From Eledone cirrhosa (taxonomy: Eukaryota), in the NCBI GenBank assembly GCA_964016885.1, contig OZ024746.1:94674001-94738000 (forward strand): a stretch of 64,000 nucleotides of DNA, given 5' to 3'. The stretch's first letter is position 1. Every line of letters starts with the position of its first letter. This document shows positions 13,057 to 27,499 of this stretch, in pieces. The notes under the pieces were generated by a model, which saw only the letters and a list, made by a program, of their open reading frames with translations, ran no database searches and was not told the origin of the DNA. The position numbers and the translations under genes are program-made.

Positions 13057-14066
13057 CTATCCGACGTGCCTCCAAACAGTTTCCGTCTAATCAATTTCAC
13101 TCACAAGGCTTGGAATGACCCGAGGCTATGGTAAATAGTATTTGCCCAAGAGGTCGTACAGTGGGATCGAACAAGTAACCTAATGATTGTAAAGCGAACT
13201 TCTTAACTATTCGGCCATGTTACATCCACACTACAGGAATGGAAGATCAGAAAAATACCATCTCATCTTATTGAGCAAAAGAGAAAAGAAAAAATCTTCA
13301 CTCCATTTGGAAGTAGGGTGGAGTGGAAAAGGTTTGAATCGTTTGAGAGTTCAGAGAAGTAACCCAGGTGAGGATGTATATTCAGGACAAATATTTTAGT
13401 CTATCTAAGAGAGAATAACAATGATTCTCTAGAGAGCGATTAATGGTAAGTCACAGGGTGGCAGTCGGTGGAACAGTAGTGTGAGGGGTAGTGGGATGAG
13501 AGATAAAAGAAACGTTAGATGAAATGTGAGAAAAATGTTAAGCCCAAATAAAAGATAGAGAAAGTAATATGGCTATTCTCTAATATAAATATCTTTCAGG
13601 GGTCACTTTAACCAAACTAGTGTGGTGGTGGTGGTGGTGGTGGTGGTGGTGGTGGTGTGTGTGTGGGGGGTGGGGATGAAGACGCGGTAGGTCAGAAGAG
13701 GTCTCAAAGCCTACGTGTGCAGTCCATAACGAAGATTTATTCATTCTCATCCGTCCATTCTGTCGCTAGAGATGAAATAATGTCCCTTATTCGCTGAAAG
13801 TGTTTAAATTCGCTTTTGATGACAGTAAAGAATGACATTTTGTTCCAGCTTGTAAATATCCACTATACACGTATATTCATACATACACATACATATACAT
13901 ATACATAAATGCGTACACATGCACATAGGGATTCATGAACCCACGGACACAAACTAGTAAAGGTTTTTGTTGTTGCTGAACCTCCGTCAGTTACGAAGAC
14001 GAATATTTTAATTGTTTGACCAACAGAACAGTTTTTCGAACTACAAAATTACGAGATATAAATAAC

Positions 14067-14296
14067 TGTTTCTACTTTAGGCACAAGGCCAGCAATTACC
14101 CAGTGCATTACTGGTACTTTATTTTATCTACCCCGTAAGGATGAAAGGCAAAGTCAATCTCGGCGGGATTTGAACTCAGATCGTAAAGGGACGTAACTAT
14201 GTTGGAAAGCATGGCGTCCGACCCTCTACCGATACTGCCAATCCACCGCCCTAACATGGCGTCCGACCCTCTACCGATACTGCCAATCCACCGCCC
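14067..14296 (-). mobile_element. SINE family A with duplicated head
   Basis: 18-bp TSD TTACGAGATATAAATAAC (14049-14066 / 14297-14314). Confidence 0.9.
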
Positions 14297-14389
14297 TTAC
14301 GAGATATAAATAACATTATCATATTTTATGGGGTGTAAACATAAGCATAGACATGGACAGGCACGGATACATATATAGGCATATATATG

Positions 14390-14420
<31 letters not shown>

Positions 14421-14558
14421 TTGTGCGTGTAAACGAAGATTTAATATAGAAAAGGCTTCTACAGAACTAGAACTGTTTCATTTATATGAAATCATCAAGA
14501 ATGATGATTTCATACGAATGAAACAGTTCAAGTCCTGTAGAAGCATTTTCTATAGAAG

Positions 14559-14611
14559 GAGCTTCTACAGGACTAGTACTGTTTCATTCAGATGAAATCT
14601 TCAGGAAGCTC
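14559..14611 (-). ncRNA. Type I hammerhead ribozyme (CTAG-loop family)
   Basis: Reverse complement gagcttc-CTGAAGA-tttcatctgaat-GAAACag-tactagtc-ctGTA-gaagctc. Confidence 0.75.
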
Positions 14612-14617
14612 TGGATA

Positions 14618-14651
<34 letters not shown>

Positions 14652-14733
14652 AGGGATAACTATCCAGAGATAACTTGAACCGTTAAGGTATATCATCCTT
14701 GGTTATGTCAACATTTATAAAACACACTTCGTA

Positions 14734-14790
14734 TTTTATCTGATGAAAGCGTACCAAAGTTTTGGTACCCTTGAAATATATATAATAGAA
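14734..14790 (+). ncRNA. Minimal type I hammerhead ribozyme (GTAC stem II family)
   Basis: ttttat-CTGATGA-aag-cgtaccaaagttttggtacc-ctt-GAAAT-atat-ATA-atagaa. Confidence 0.7.
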
Positions 14791-14837
14791 TAAATATGGT
14801 TTTATAAATAAGTTTCCATTTATTTAATATCATTGTA

Positions 14838-15070
14838 TACCCATCATTATTGGAGCTACAGATTATAAACCAGCCTGCTTGGACCAAAGTATGACCGAAC
14901 TTGGATTTGCAGACAAAAAGCGCAGCTCCCTAATTCATAGTCTACAAATGGCTGCGATAGCTGGCACCTTCAAAATTTGCAAAACATTCTTGCGATTCAA
15001 GGATGACAATTTCTTTTCTTTTACAGCCTTGCCACCAGGAAGGTGGCCTGTCAAAAATGTACTCGAAATT
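14838..15070 (+). mobile_element. RLE-type (R4/Dong/NeSL-like) LINE C-terminal fragment
   Basis: PIIIGA...CLDQSMTELGF...LIHSLQMAAIAGTFKICKTFL. Confidence 0.55.
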
Positions 15071-15304
15071 AAGAGAAAGAGAACATACATACATATATAC
15101 ACACATACATGCACACACACATGCACACACACACAACAGCAACAACAACAACAATACCATGGACCGTTTAACTCGTTATTCTATAATAAATTTCTTTTAA
15201 TCGGTCTTTTTATGTTTGTATCTTGATAAGAGAAACAATCACCAAATGTTGTAAAAGCTATTGCCACACCATTAACCTTTTCACATGGCGTACGGAATAT
15301 AGAG

Positions 15305-16775
15305 AGGATGGCGGTGGGGGTGGTTGTGTGTGTGTGGGGTGGGGGTGGGGTGGGGGTAGTAGTGGTGGTGATGGGGGGGTCGTTGATTGTTGTGGTGATG
15401 GTAGTGGTGATGGCGGTGATGGTGGTGGTGGTGGTGGTGGTTGTTGAGGTGGTTGTGGTGTTGGTTATGATAGTGGTGGTGGTTGTGGTGTTGATTATGA
15501 TGGTGGAGGTGGTGGTTGTGGTGTTGGTTATGATAGTGGTGGTGGTGGTGGTTGTGGTGTTGGTTATGATGGTGGTGGTGGTTGTGGTGTTGGTTATGAT
15601 AGTGGTGGTGGTGGTGGTTGTGGTGTTGGTTATGATGGTGGAGGTGGTGGTTGTGGTGTTGATTATGATGGTGGAGGTGGTGGTTGTGGCGTTGGTTATG
15701 ATGGTGGAGGTGGTGGTTGTGGTGTTGATTATGATGGTGGAGGTGGTGGTTGTGGCGTTGGTTATGATGGTGGAGGTGGTGGTTGTGGTGTTGATTATGA
15801 TGGTGTTGCTTGTGTTTTTATTGGTGGTGGAAGTGCTGATGGTGGAGGCGATGGTTGTCGGTGTTGGTTATGTTGGTGTTGCATGTGGTAATGGTTGTTG
15901 TGGTGTTTGTGTTGTTGGTGGAGATGGTGGAGGTGGTGGAGATGGTGGAAGTGGTGGTTGTGTTGTTGGTTAAGATGGTGATGATGGGGGCGTTGTTGTT
16001 GTTGTTGTTGTTCTTGTTGGGGGCGAAGATTATAGTGATGGTTGTGGTGTTGATGGTGGGGCCGTTGTATTTGGTGTTGCTGGTGTTGTTGTTGTTGTTG
16101 TTGGAGATGGTGGAGACGGTGGTTGTGGTGATGATAGTGGGGGGGGGGCGTTGTTGTTTATGGCGGTGGTTATAATGGTGGTAGTGGTAGTATTGCAGAT
16201 GGTGGTAGTGGTGTTATTGTTGGTGTTGTGGTGATGGTGGTGGTGGTGGTGGTGTTATTGTTGGTATTGTGGTGGTGGAGGTGATGGTGATGGTGGTGGT
16301 GGTGGTGTTATTGTTGGTGTTGTGGTTGTGGAGGTGATGGTGGTGGTGGTGGTGGTGTTATTGTTGGTGTTGTGGTGATGGTGGTGGTGGTGGTGTTATT
16401 GTTGGTGTTGTGGTGGTGGAGGTGATGGTGATGGTGGTGGTGGTGGTGTTATTGTTGGTGTTGTGGTGATGGTGATGGTGGTGGTGGTGGTGTTATTGTT
16501 GGTGTTGTGGTGATGGAGGTGGTGGTGGTGTTATTTTTGGTGTTGTTGTGGTGGTGGTGGTGGTGTTATTGTTGGTGTTGTGGTGATGGTGATGGTGGTG
16601 GTGGTGGTGTTATTGTTGGTGTTGTGGTGATGGAGGTGGTGGTGGTGTTATTTTTGGTGTTGTGGTGATGGTGGTGGTGGTGGTGTTATTGTTGGTGTTG
16701 TGGCGGTGGAGGTGATGGTGATGGTGGTGGTGGTGGTGTTATTGTTGGTGTTGTGGTGGTGGTGGTGGTGGCGGT
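15305..16775. repeat. GGT/GTT-rich compound trinucleotide array
   Basis: Direct inspection. Confidence 0.95.
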
Positions 16776-16800
16776 AATAATAAATGACTGAGAAGGACAT

Positions 16801-17320
16801 TACCATTATTTCGGTAGTGTTGTTGGTGTTGTGGTCAGCTTATGTCTTGCTGCTGCTCACAATTTAGAAGTATCTGTGTGTGTTTTTTCTTCATCCCTCC
16901 TGCCACCATCTCTCATAGTGGTGGGGGAAGGGGGGGGGGTTCTTCCATGTATATGAAGAAATATAAGGCAATAAATGAAGAAAACAGAAAATAAATAATA
17001 AATAGAGAATAAAGAATAAAGAATAAAGAATAAATGAAAAATTGGGGAAAAAGTAATGAAAATGAATATGGAGAAGTGAAAAATAAAATGAAGATTCAAA
17101 TAAAGTAGGATAAAGTGTGTGTGTGTGCTATAACCAATCTCAAGGTCAGAAATATGTTGGATAGATTGGTATGAGGAACAAGATGTTAAAATAAGATAAT
17201 CAAACAAAATGTGTTTTGTTTGATTATCTTGAAAAAACACACACAGATACTTCTAAATTGTCAGCAGTAGCAAGACATAAGCTGACCACAACACCAACAA
17301 CACTACCGAAATAATGGTAG
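16801..17320. repeat. ~89-bp inverted repeat around a ~340-bp spacer
   Basis: Arms 16801-16889 / 17231-17319; perfect 17-bp hairpin 17193-17230 abuts the right arm. Confidence 0.75.
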
Positions 17321-17724
17321 AGGTCAAATGTACTTAACAATAGCAAACACAAACATTACAGGGAGCCTCACCCCAGAAATAATTCTATAGACTTCTGACT
17401 GAGGAATGCTCTCAAAACTGACCTATGGGAAGTTTGACATTTTTATTTTTTTTATTTTGTTCCTTTACCACCTTGTTCCTTCTACCACTTTATCAATTTT
17501 TTAAGCTAACTCCAACAATAACAACACTTAGAATGAGGAATGTTCTAACAACTGACCAATGAGAGGAGAAGAGGCCCTTTGACATTGAAATTCGTTTGTT
17601 TGAATTCATATGATTCCAGTGCCTCAGTGAAATAACAACCCAACCAGGAACTGGGCATATCAGAGTATTGACAAAATTATACACCTCAACAACATATGTA
17701 CTTGTCTATACCACACTAATTCGG

Positions 17725-17779
17725 ACTGCCTGAAGAGGTCACAACCAAAGATGGCTGTCACTGAAATATATATAGCAGT
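17725..17779 (+). ncRNA. Minimal type I hammerhead ribozyme
   Basis: actgc-CTGAAGA-ggt..act-GAAAT-atat-ATA-gcagt then AATAAA; sister copy at 31417. Confidence 0.75.
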
Positions 17780-17933
17780 AATAAACGAAGCTAAATTTTA
17801 AACATTTGACTTTTTATTTAACTTTATTTTACATTACTCCGGAGTAACCAAACCAACCTGCGCATTTCGTCGAGTGCTCCAGCCTGCATACTGAGGTGTT
17901 GGTATACAACCAACATATAAACATATACTCAAA

Positions 17934-17999
<66 letters not shown>

Positions 18000-18063
18000 T
18001 TAATATAGCTATGTATTGAGTACCTTACTTACTGTGGTTACCTCCGATTCAACCCGGAATAAC

Positions 18064-18129
<66 letters not shown>

Positions 18130-18519
18130 GTAATGTTAATGAGAGTAACTTTTACTCATTTACTAGGTGCATTTTAGCCAATGCAATGATACATGCAGAG
18201 CCGTTGTATAGTTACAATTTGTTTACAATTGTCAGTGATTAAATGACTTGGACATTTAATTTTTGGTTTGTATGCCAATTGTGTGTGAGCGCGCGCGCAC
18301 ACACACACACTTCGTTTTTGAATTCATTTTGCAAGATTTCTTATCTGGAAACATATATTGTTGTAACTCGGGAGGGTCATGCTGCCAAAGTATAACTGAG
18401 GCGACACTGATTCTTTTTTCTAATTATTATTATTCAGCTTCTTCAAGTTTCACCTGGAAAGGAAGGTGAGGGTGGAGAGAGAAGTGCTGCCCCCCCCCCC
18501 CCCCGCCCCCAGTACATTT

Positions 18520-18887
18520 GCTAAAAGGTGGGTGAATGTGGCGAGAATGGCTTGTGTGAATGGGCCTACTCTGACCATGCACCTATAGGCTAGCTAACTT
18601 GAGGAGAGGGGGTGCTCTCCTTGGGTGCCCTAGAAGCGCAGGGTGGTTCAGGATGGGTGGGGTACCTGAGTCACCCCTGGGTCGTCCACCCCCTATAGGG
18701 GAATTTATTTTGTTATATTTATGCATAGTTTATTTTATATTTTTATATCTTCACTGTTAAATTAGTCTTGCCATTGTGCACTTTTACTCGACCTTATTGT
18801 AAACCCCCACTGTCTCTGTCTTTGTATTGTCATCTACATGTCGGCCCTTGTGGTTAATAAATGAAATCATTATTATTATTATTATTA
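18520..18887 (+). mobile_element. Tx1-like LINE 3' end with (ATT)n tail
   Basis: RWVNVARMACVNGPTL, homologous to 46189-46260 minus; AATAAA then (ATT)n. Confidence 0.7.
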
Positions 18888-18910
18888 TATTTATATATTT
18901 ATATATAAAG

Positions 18911-19095
18911 TGAAGCCGCGTGGTTGAGTGGTTAGAGAATTGGACTCGCAATCGTTGGTTGTGAGTTCGTCCTTGAGCAAGACAATTTATTTCACGCTGT
19001 TCCTTCTACCTGGAGGTGCGATAAATAATACTAGCAATTGGAAAGACCAATGGAAAAATTATTTCCTCGCTCCAATTTGACGAAAGTCGATCGAC
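18911..19095 (+). mobile_element. tRNA-derived SINE family B (CORE-like GTCCTTGAGCAAGACACTT)
   Basis: TGGTTGAGTGG A-box, CORE-like block, tail TTTGACGAAAGTCGATCG. Confidence 0.75.
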
Positions 19096-19234
19096 TGTCG
19101 ATATATAACTCAGAATAAAACCAGTTTGAAACTAATTAGATCATTCCTCAACAGAGTACTTGTTTGTTGATGTAGTAGTGTATAAAGAGTCCGAGGCGGC
19201 AAGAGCTCAGCCGTCGGGTTCCGACTCTTTATAA

Positions 19235-19618
19235 CAGGCATGTCAAACATCCGGCCCGCGGGCCGCATGCAGCCCTTTATAAGCACACCTGCGGCCCGCG
19301 GGTCACATGCAGCCCTTTATAAGCACACCTGCGGCCCGCACAAAGGTTTTTACAACGCAAGCATGTTTTATCTTCGTAATATAAAATTTAAAAAAATTAG
19401 TTGTAATGTGAACAATTAGTTGTCGTGTGTGACCCTCAAACAACACATATGTGACCCATGTGACCCTCAGACAACACATATGTGACCCATGTGACCCTCA
19501 AACAACACATATGTGACCCATGTGGCCCTCAGACAACACATATGTGACCCATATGGCCCTCAGACAACACATATGTGACCCATGTCGCCCTCGGGGGACC
19601 CTCAGTTTGACATGCCTG
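19235..19618. mobile_element. Non-autonomous hAT DNA transposon (MITE)
   Basis: 14-bp TIR CAGGCATGTCAAAC / GTTTGACATGCCTG, exact 8-bp TSD CTTTATAA, internal 31-bp and ~40-bp tandem repeats. Confidence 0.9.
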
Positions 19619-19654
19619 CTTTATAATACAGACCCCCACCCCACACACACACAT

Positions 19655-19841
19655 ATAATAATAAATTTGAAGACTAAAATCCAAAGAGGGCTCGATAAGG
19701 TCAAATATATATCAAATATATAAGAATTGTAGAGCAAATATTTATTAAAATAACAGATTAAAGTTTAAGCAAAAAATCGTTAAGGGTGAAAGCAGCGATT
19801 CTTTGCTTAAACTTACTTTAATCTGTTATTTTAATAAATAT

Positions 19842-19842
<1 letters not shown>
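19655..19842. mobile_element. Fold-back module with partial HHR, family also at 39208-39535 and 43288-43390
   Basis: Hairpin 19740-19840; gggt-GAAAgca..tgcTT-aaac 3' half HHR. Confidence 0.55.
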
Positions 19843-19896
<54 letters not shown>

Positions 19897-20669
19897 GAGT
19901 TACAAGAAGAATGAAAGAGAGAGAGAGAGATAGAGCATCCATAAAAGGAAGGTAGTGCGACAGACAAAGAAAACTAGTTTGATATATGGTCCTCCATTCG
20001 CTCCCTCGTTAGTTCATGTGTTTGGTCACTATGGAGTGATATTTCACTCGAGAAAGCGATGCATCAATATAATTGCTGTTTACACAAACAATTTCCCCTC
20101 CAGAAATAACGTTGTTAGTTGTCATCACTGGTAAAAGTCCGTGCTGACCTCTTTGTTCCCCCCTAAAAAAATGTCAACTTCCGGTCAAGAGAATAAAACA
20201 ACTTTGCCGAGCAATGAACTGCTATCGTTGAAGTAAGTAGATACCAGAAAGTGGACCACACAAATATGTGAACGTCTCAACGCGTTAGTTCTCATGTGAG
20301 TTGGAAAGGGTCTCTCTCTCTCTCTCTCTCTCTCTCCAACTGAGACCTGATCCAAACTTGATAAATGGGAATAGTTGACTTCGACATCTATCTGGTATAT
20401 ACATCATGTATATACGTGTTTCCGTGGTTCTCATATTTGTTTAATAGGCAGAAAGACGGGAATTCGAAACACAATGTTAGCTGAATATTTTCTGAACAGT
20501 GCCCCAGCATGGCCGCAGTCCAATGACTGAAACCGATAAAGGATTAAAAAAGCATACAGTTAAGTATAAGTGTTTGTATGTTTGCGTTTGCATAAATATA
20601 TTCACTTGCATACATACTAATATTATATATTTATACATACATACATACATACATACATACATACATACA

Positions 20670-21080
20670 TGGTGGCTGCCAACTCGTTTTCGAGTACGAC
20701 CACTACTTTATATCCATGTAGGAGAACCCCTACCGATGCGCTGAACGAGTGTGACTTTTTAGTCCAGCCAGCGACTTGAAAACTCTGGTACAAACACCAC
20801 ACCTGTGACAATTATTGACACATAGTGCTGGGCCCATGGTACCATGTGACGACAAGTGCAGAGAGATCTCCAGATATAAAGCAATGCCTGTGCCGTGAAG
20901 CTTTTATAGTGAGCAAAGGCACTGCACAAAGCCAGTCCCACTCTCTTAACCAAGATGATATTTACCAAAAAGAAGAACAAGTCAACATCATTGGATACCA
21001 TCAGGGTTGCAGGTGTTATATCAGAGTTTTCCTTCTCCTAGAATTCTGCCTTGACAAAGGCTAAGGGGTCATCTCTCCCG
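20670..21080 (-). mobile_element. Short RTE-derived element, truncated copy of 26332-26937
   Basis: Near-identical reverse complement of 26527-26937; (ATGT)n tail. Confidence 0.8.
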
Positions 21081-21541
21081 TATACAGATATAACAGATAT
21101 ATATATATATACAGTTTATATAACAAATATATATATATGCAGTATATATATATATATATATATACAAAAAGTGATGAAACGAAAAGAGCTGTGGTTACTA
21201 AAAACAAGGTTTAGGATGGTGGTTAGGACTGAACAGGAGGAGAAAGGAAGAAAGCAGTTTCCATCGTCAATGTATCCCAAACCGATGTTTCGGCGCTGAA
21301 TTACAGGACATCGGTGTAGTTCGGGTGCGCCCGAGGCCTTTTATTAATCAAAAGGCAAAGTTAACCTCAGCGGGATTTGAACTCAGACCGTAAAGGGACG
21401 TAACTATGCTAGAAAGCATGTCGTCCAACCCTCTACCGAGACTGCCAATTCACCGCAATATATATATATTTCATCCTTACGGGGTCGATAAAATAAAGTA
21501 CCAGTAATGTACTGGGTAATTGCTTGCCTTGTGCCAAGAGT

Positions 21542-22254
<713 letters not shown>

Positions 22255-22427
22255 ATATAAAGAGTTTCCGTAGAACAGATAAACGAAAAAGCGTGCTCTA
22301 TGTTAAATACAGAGCTAAAGTATATTATTATAAATAATGTCTTAACACAGTTGCCTGCTACCTAAGATGTTAAAGCCTCCTCTAGCATTGGTCATGGAGA
22401 CACAACGTTAGCAGATATAACAACATT

Positions 22428-23352
22428 TGCTGTATCTGTTATATCTGTTATAACATGTTGCATCTGTTATGATATGTTGCATCTGTTATATCTGTTATTA
22501 CATGCTGTATCTGCTATATCTGTTATTACCTGCTGTGTCTGTTATATCTGTTATAACATGTTGCATCTGTTATATCTGTTATATCTGTTATTACATGCTG
22601 TATCTGTTATATCTGTTATAACATGTTGCATCTGTTATATCTGTTATTACATGCTGTATTTGCTATATCTGTTATTACCTGCTGTGTCTGTTATATCTCT
22701 TATTATATGTTGCAACTGTTATATCTGTTATTACCTTCTGTATCTGTTATATCTGTTATTACCTGCTGTATCTGTTATATCTGTTATTTGTTGTTGTATC
22801 TGTTATAACATGCTGCATCTGTTTTTATATGTTGCATCTGTTATATCTGTTATTACTTGCTGTATCTGTTATAACTGTTATTTGAGGTTATATCTGTTAT
22901 TATCTGCTGTATCTGTTATATCTGCTATTACCTGCTGTATCTGTTATAAGATGTTGCATCTGTTATACCTGTTATTACATGCTGTATCTATTACATCTGT
23001 TATTTGAGGTTATATCTGTTACTAGTTGTTGAATCTGTTATATCTGTTATTACATGCTGTATCTGTTATATCTGTTATAACATGTTGCATATGTTAGTAT
23101 ATATTGCATCTGTTATATCTGTTATTACATGATGTATCTGTTATATCTGTTATTACCTGCTATGTCTGTTATTTGTTGTTGTATCTGTTATAACATGTTG
23201 CATTTGTTACTGTATGTTGCATCTGTTATATCTGTTATTATATGTTGCATCTGTTATATCTGTTATTACATGCTGTATCTGTTATATCTGTTATTTGGTG
23301 TTGTATCTGTTACTAGTTGTGTCTGTTATATCTGTTATGAGATGTATCTGTT
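22428..23352. repeat. Degenerate TATCTGTTA-based minisatellite
   Basis: 9-bp core with higher-order variants. Confidence 0.9.
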
Positions 23353-23478
23353 GTGTTAGTTATATATATATACATAAACTCACACACACACGCGCGAACG
23401 CACACACACACACAAACACACATGTATATATATATATATATATATATATACATCTCTCTCGCTCTCTCTCTCTCTCTG

Positions 23479-23526
<48 letters not shown>

Positions 23527-23904
23527 ACTCTCTCTCTCTCACTCTCTCTCTCTCTCTCTGTACAAGCTACCTATCTTAGTAATGTCCTAGAATTGTATCT
23601 GCTTTAGGGGCTTCATTCAATAGAAACATTCTTAAACAGTTCTTTGATTTTGGTTGTGTATCCAAGCCCGAGGCATTTATGTGTCTGCGTGCTTTTATTT
23701 AGGTATATAAGTACTCAGTTCCTGTATTACCCTCCCTTCCTCTCACAACCATCCACAATAATGTTTACATATCGGAAATGAAGTAACCCGCTTCATATTT
23801 ATCACTCATTTCGCTGCAAAGTTTTAGGTTATCTGACGTTCTGACGATGTGAGGAGAATGTAAAAATGGCAAAATAAAAAATATATATAACATTTATCAT
23901 AAAT

Positions 23905-24470
23905 AATTGTTTTTACTTTTGGCACAAGGCCAGCAATTATCCTAGTACATTAACTAGTATTTTATTTTATCGACCCCGTAAGGATGAAAGGCAAAGTTAA
24001 CCTCGGCAGGATTTGAACTCAGACCGTAAAGGGACGCAACTCTATGCTGGAAAGCATGGCGACTCTCTAACGATAAATAATTGTTTCTACTTTAGGCACA
24101 AGGCCAGCAAATTACCCAGTGCATTACTGGTACTTTATTTTATCGACCCCGTAAGGATGAAAGGCAAAGTCAACCTCGGCAGGATTTGAACTCAGACCGT
24201 AAAGGGACGCAACTCTATGCTGGAAAGCATGGCGTCCGACTCTCTACCGATACTGCCAATCCACCACCCTTACTAACGATAAATAATGGTTTCTTATATA
24301 GGCACCAGGCTAACAACTTTTGGGGAGGGGGAAGTCGATTAAATCGACCCCAGTACATTACTGGTACTTTATTTTATCGACCCTGTAAAGATGAAAGGCA
24401 AAGTTAACCTCGGTAGGATATGAACTAAGAACGTAAAGGGACGTAACTCTATGCTGCAAGGCCCTACCGA
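23905..24470 (-). mobile_element. Three tandem/nested SINE family A copies
   Basis: Three central domains; middle copy flanked by duplicated CTAACGATAAATAAT. Confidence 0.85.
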
Positions 24471-25068
24471 CACTGAATGTTTATTCAATACAAGGGCTGC
24501 GAACAAAATAAAACGAGAGTGTTGACGATCTAAAAGAAGAAATAAAACAAGGCCATCGATGTTAAAGTTAAAGATGATAAAATCGATTTCACCATTTCAT
24601 TGGTCTTTGATTTTTATCGAAAGTGGAAGGATGAAGGGAAAATTTGATCTCGGCAGGATTTGAATTCAGAATATAAAGAGCTGGAACAATTGTCGGGAAG
24701 CATGATGACTGAAGCTTTCACGGTTCTGCGAATTTGTCATCCTTGATAAGACCGCCTACGGGAATCGAACCACGCATCTATTATATACCGGACAACTTCA
24801 TAGATCTCTACACTAAGATGACCTCAGCTGAGCTATAAATAATAAAATTAATTTCATTTCTATCTCCTGAAGTTATAAACATTGCAACAACGCTGTAGAG
24901 CACTTGGGTGAGAAATGTGTGCTTGAGTATGTCTGTATATGTGTGATCACTACGTGTTTGTTTGGTTATTTATGTGTTTGTTTGTATGCGCGCGCGCGCG
25001 CGTTGTGTATGTGTGTGTGTGCGTGTGTGCATGTTGTTTATGTGTGTATGTGTGTGTATGTGTGTGCA

Positions 25069-25169
<101 letters not shown>

Positions 25170-25801
25170 GTGTGCGTGTGTGCGAAAGATTGATGATGGT
25201 GCCAAGATAACACACTGTAATGTACCAAGTACCAAAACGTGTTTTATAGATGGCGTACTGCCATTAATGAAAGTGAGATGAGACAGCGGCGGATTGGGAG
25301 AAAGGGGAAGAAGAAAAAGAAGAAGAAGAAGAGTGTTAGGTGGAAGAGGAGAAACGGATAAAGTGGCGGCCATGATGGTTTTATGGGGAAGATGGATGAA
25401 GGAAATAAAAAGAAGAAAAACGCAGGAACAAAATGTAAATAAAAAAAGGAAGAAGACGAATAAGAAAAAGAAGAAAATGGGACATGTAGAAAACTTTTAA
25501 GATATTGAATGAACGGAGAATAATGTGTGTACATTTGTCTTTATATATATATATATATATATATATGACTTCTACAGGACTAGAAGTGTTTAATTCGGGA
25601 GAAATCATCAGGAAGGCGACTGTCGGTCTGTTGCCAAATCTACTATACATACATTCATGTATACATCGCTATTTCAGAGCACCAATCCTAATACCTAATT
25701 TTTGCTAGATCAGCAATCGCTCTGTGTAATCAGCTCCTGATTATTATTGAAATTCTGTAAGAATCCAGCTTCTATAATTTTCGGTGGAAGCAGGGGGGTG
25801 C

Positions 25802-25847
25802 GTGTTTCTGATGAACGCCAACCAGCGTGAAACAGACTGTCAACCAC
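25802..25847 (+). ncRNA. Type I hammerhead ribozyme
   Basis: gtgttt-CTGATGA-acgc-caacca-gcgt-GAAAC-agact-GTC-aaccac. Confidence 0.75.
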
Positions 25848-25969
25848 TCTCCCTTCTTTCGCCGAAAATAAGTAAGTGACATAGTCACTACTTTAAAATT
25901 GATAGCATATGGTCTTCTAAATGTTTTTAATTAAACATACGGTATATTGCCAAATATACTATACATACG

Positions 25970-26006
<37 letters not shown>

Positions 26007-26173
26007 AGATTCAGGACCCCGACGGCTGAGCTCCTGCCGTTTTGTCAGCTAGATCCGAACTAGCTGTCGAAACATCCGTCGGGGTCCTGAATCTTTTCAT
26101 ATTACCCGCTCTACTACCCCAAGTATCGAGTACTCTGGTGGGTTATGGTCCACCTGGTTTTTACCACACCCTA

Positions 26174-26235
<62 letters not shown>

Positions 26236-26331
26236 TTGTATGTGTATGTATATATATGTATGTATGTTTTGTATATGTATGTATATATATATGTATGTAT
26301 GTATGTATATGTATGTATATATATGTATGTC

Positions 26332-26937
26332 AGGGCACCAGTTGGTGCTACTGATAACATGTATCCCAGTACAACCTGTCCCATGGTCGGGTCGTTGGCG
26401 ACTAAACTGGCAACCCCACCAAGGTTTCTTGGTGAGGAGGGTGACTTTGGACATCCTGCAGGACTAAAAACAAAACCTGTCAAAGGGCAAAAGAGCTCTT
26501 AAGAGTCAATGGCCATCCAAAATCACCGGGAGAGATGACCCCTTAGCCTTTGTCAAGGCAGAATTCTAGGAGAAGGAAAACTCTGATATAACACCTGCAA
26601 CCCTGATGGTATCCAATGATGTTGACTTGTTCTTCTTTTTGGTAAATATCATCTTGGTTAAGAGAGTGGGACTGGCTTTGTGCAGTGCCTTTGCTCACTA
26701 TAAAAGCTTCACGGCACAGGCATTGCTTTATATCTGGAGATCTCTCTGCACTTGTCATCACATGGTACCATGGGCCCAGCACTGTGTGTCAATAATTGTC
26801 ACAAGTGTAGTGTTTGTACCAGAGTTTTCAAGTCGCTGGCTGGACTAAAAAGTCACACTCGTTCAGCGCATCGGTAGGGGTTCTCCTAGATGGATATAAA
26901 GTAGTGGCAGTACTCGAAAACGAGTTGGCAGCCACCA
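26332..26937 (+). mobile_element. Internally deleted (bipartite) RTE-like element
   Basis: 5'UTR-like segment joined to 3' C2H2 remnant CTRVFKSLAGLKSHTRSAH* and (ATGT)n tail. Confidence 0.65.
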
Positions 26938-26969
26938 TGTATGTATATATATATGTGTGTATGTATGTA

Positions 26970-27005
<36 letters not shown>

Positions 27006-27056
27006 TGTGTATATATGTATGTATGGATGGATGTATGTATGTGTGTCTATGTTGTA

Positions 27057-27122
<66 letters not shown>

Positions 27123-27153
27123 CGTGCGTGTGTGTGTGTGTGTGTGTGCGTGC

Positions 27154-27192
<39 letters not shown>

Positions 27193-27499
27193 GTATGTGT
27201 GTGTGTGTTGCAACAATAAAAAGCACAGATAACGTAGTCAAAGGATTCGTTGAGTTGAGTTGCGGATCTACGTTGCACTCTTCTGGGGGATATAATTTGG
27301 AAACAAATTTCAACTCTGTCCCGGATACTTTGTAAAGACATGAACCACATTTTCGACTATAGTTAATGTAAGGCTTTAACAGAATATTTAATACATTCAT
27401 AGATCCTATTAAGTACCTATTGATCCGAAAACCATTTAACCTTTAACTCTACAAAACACCTCAGTAATGCTGGTATAGTCACTGCCTCCGTCTCTCTCG

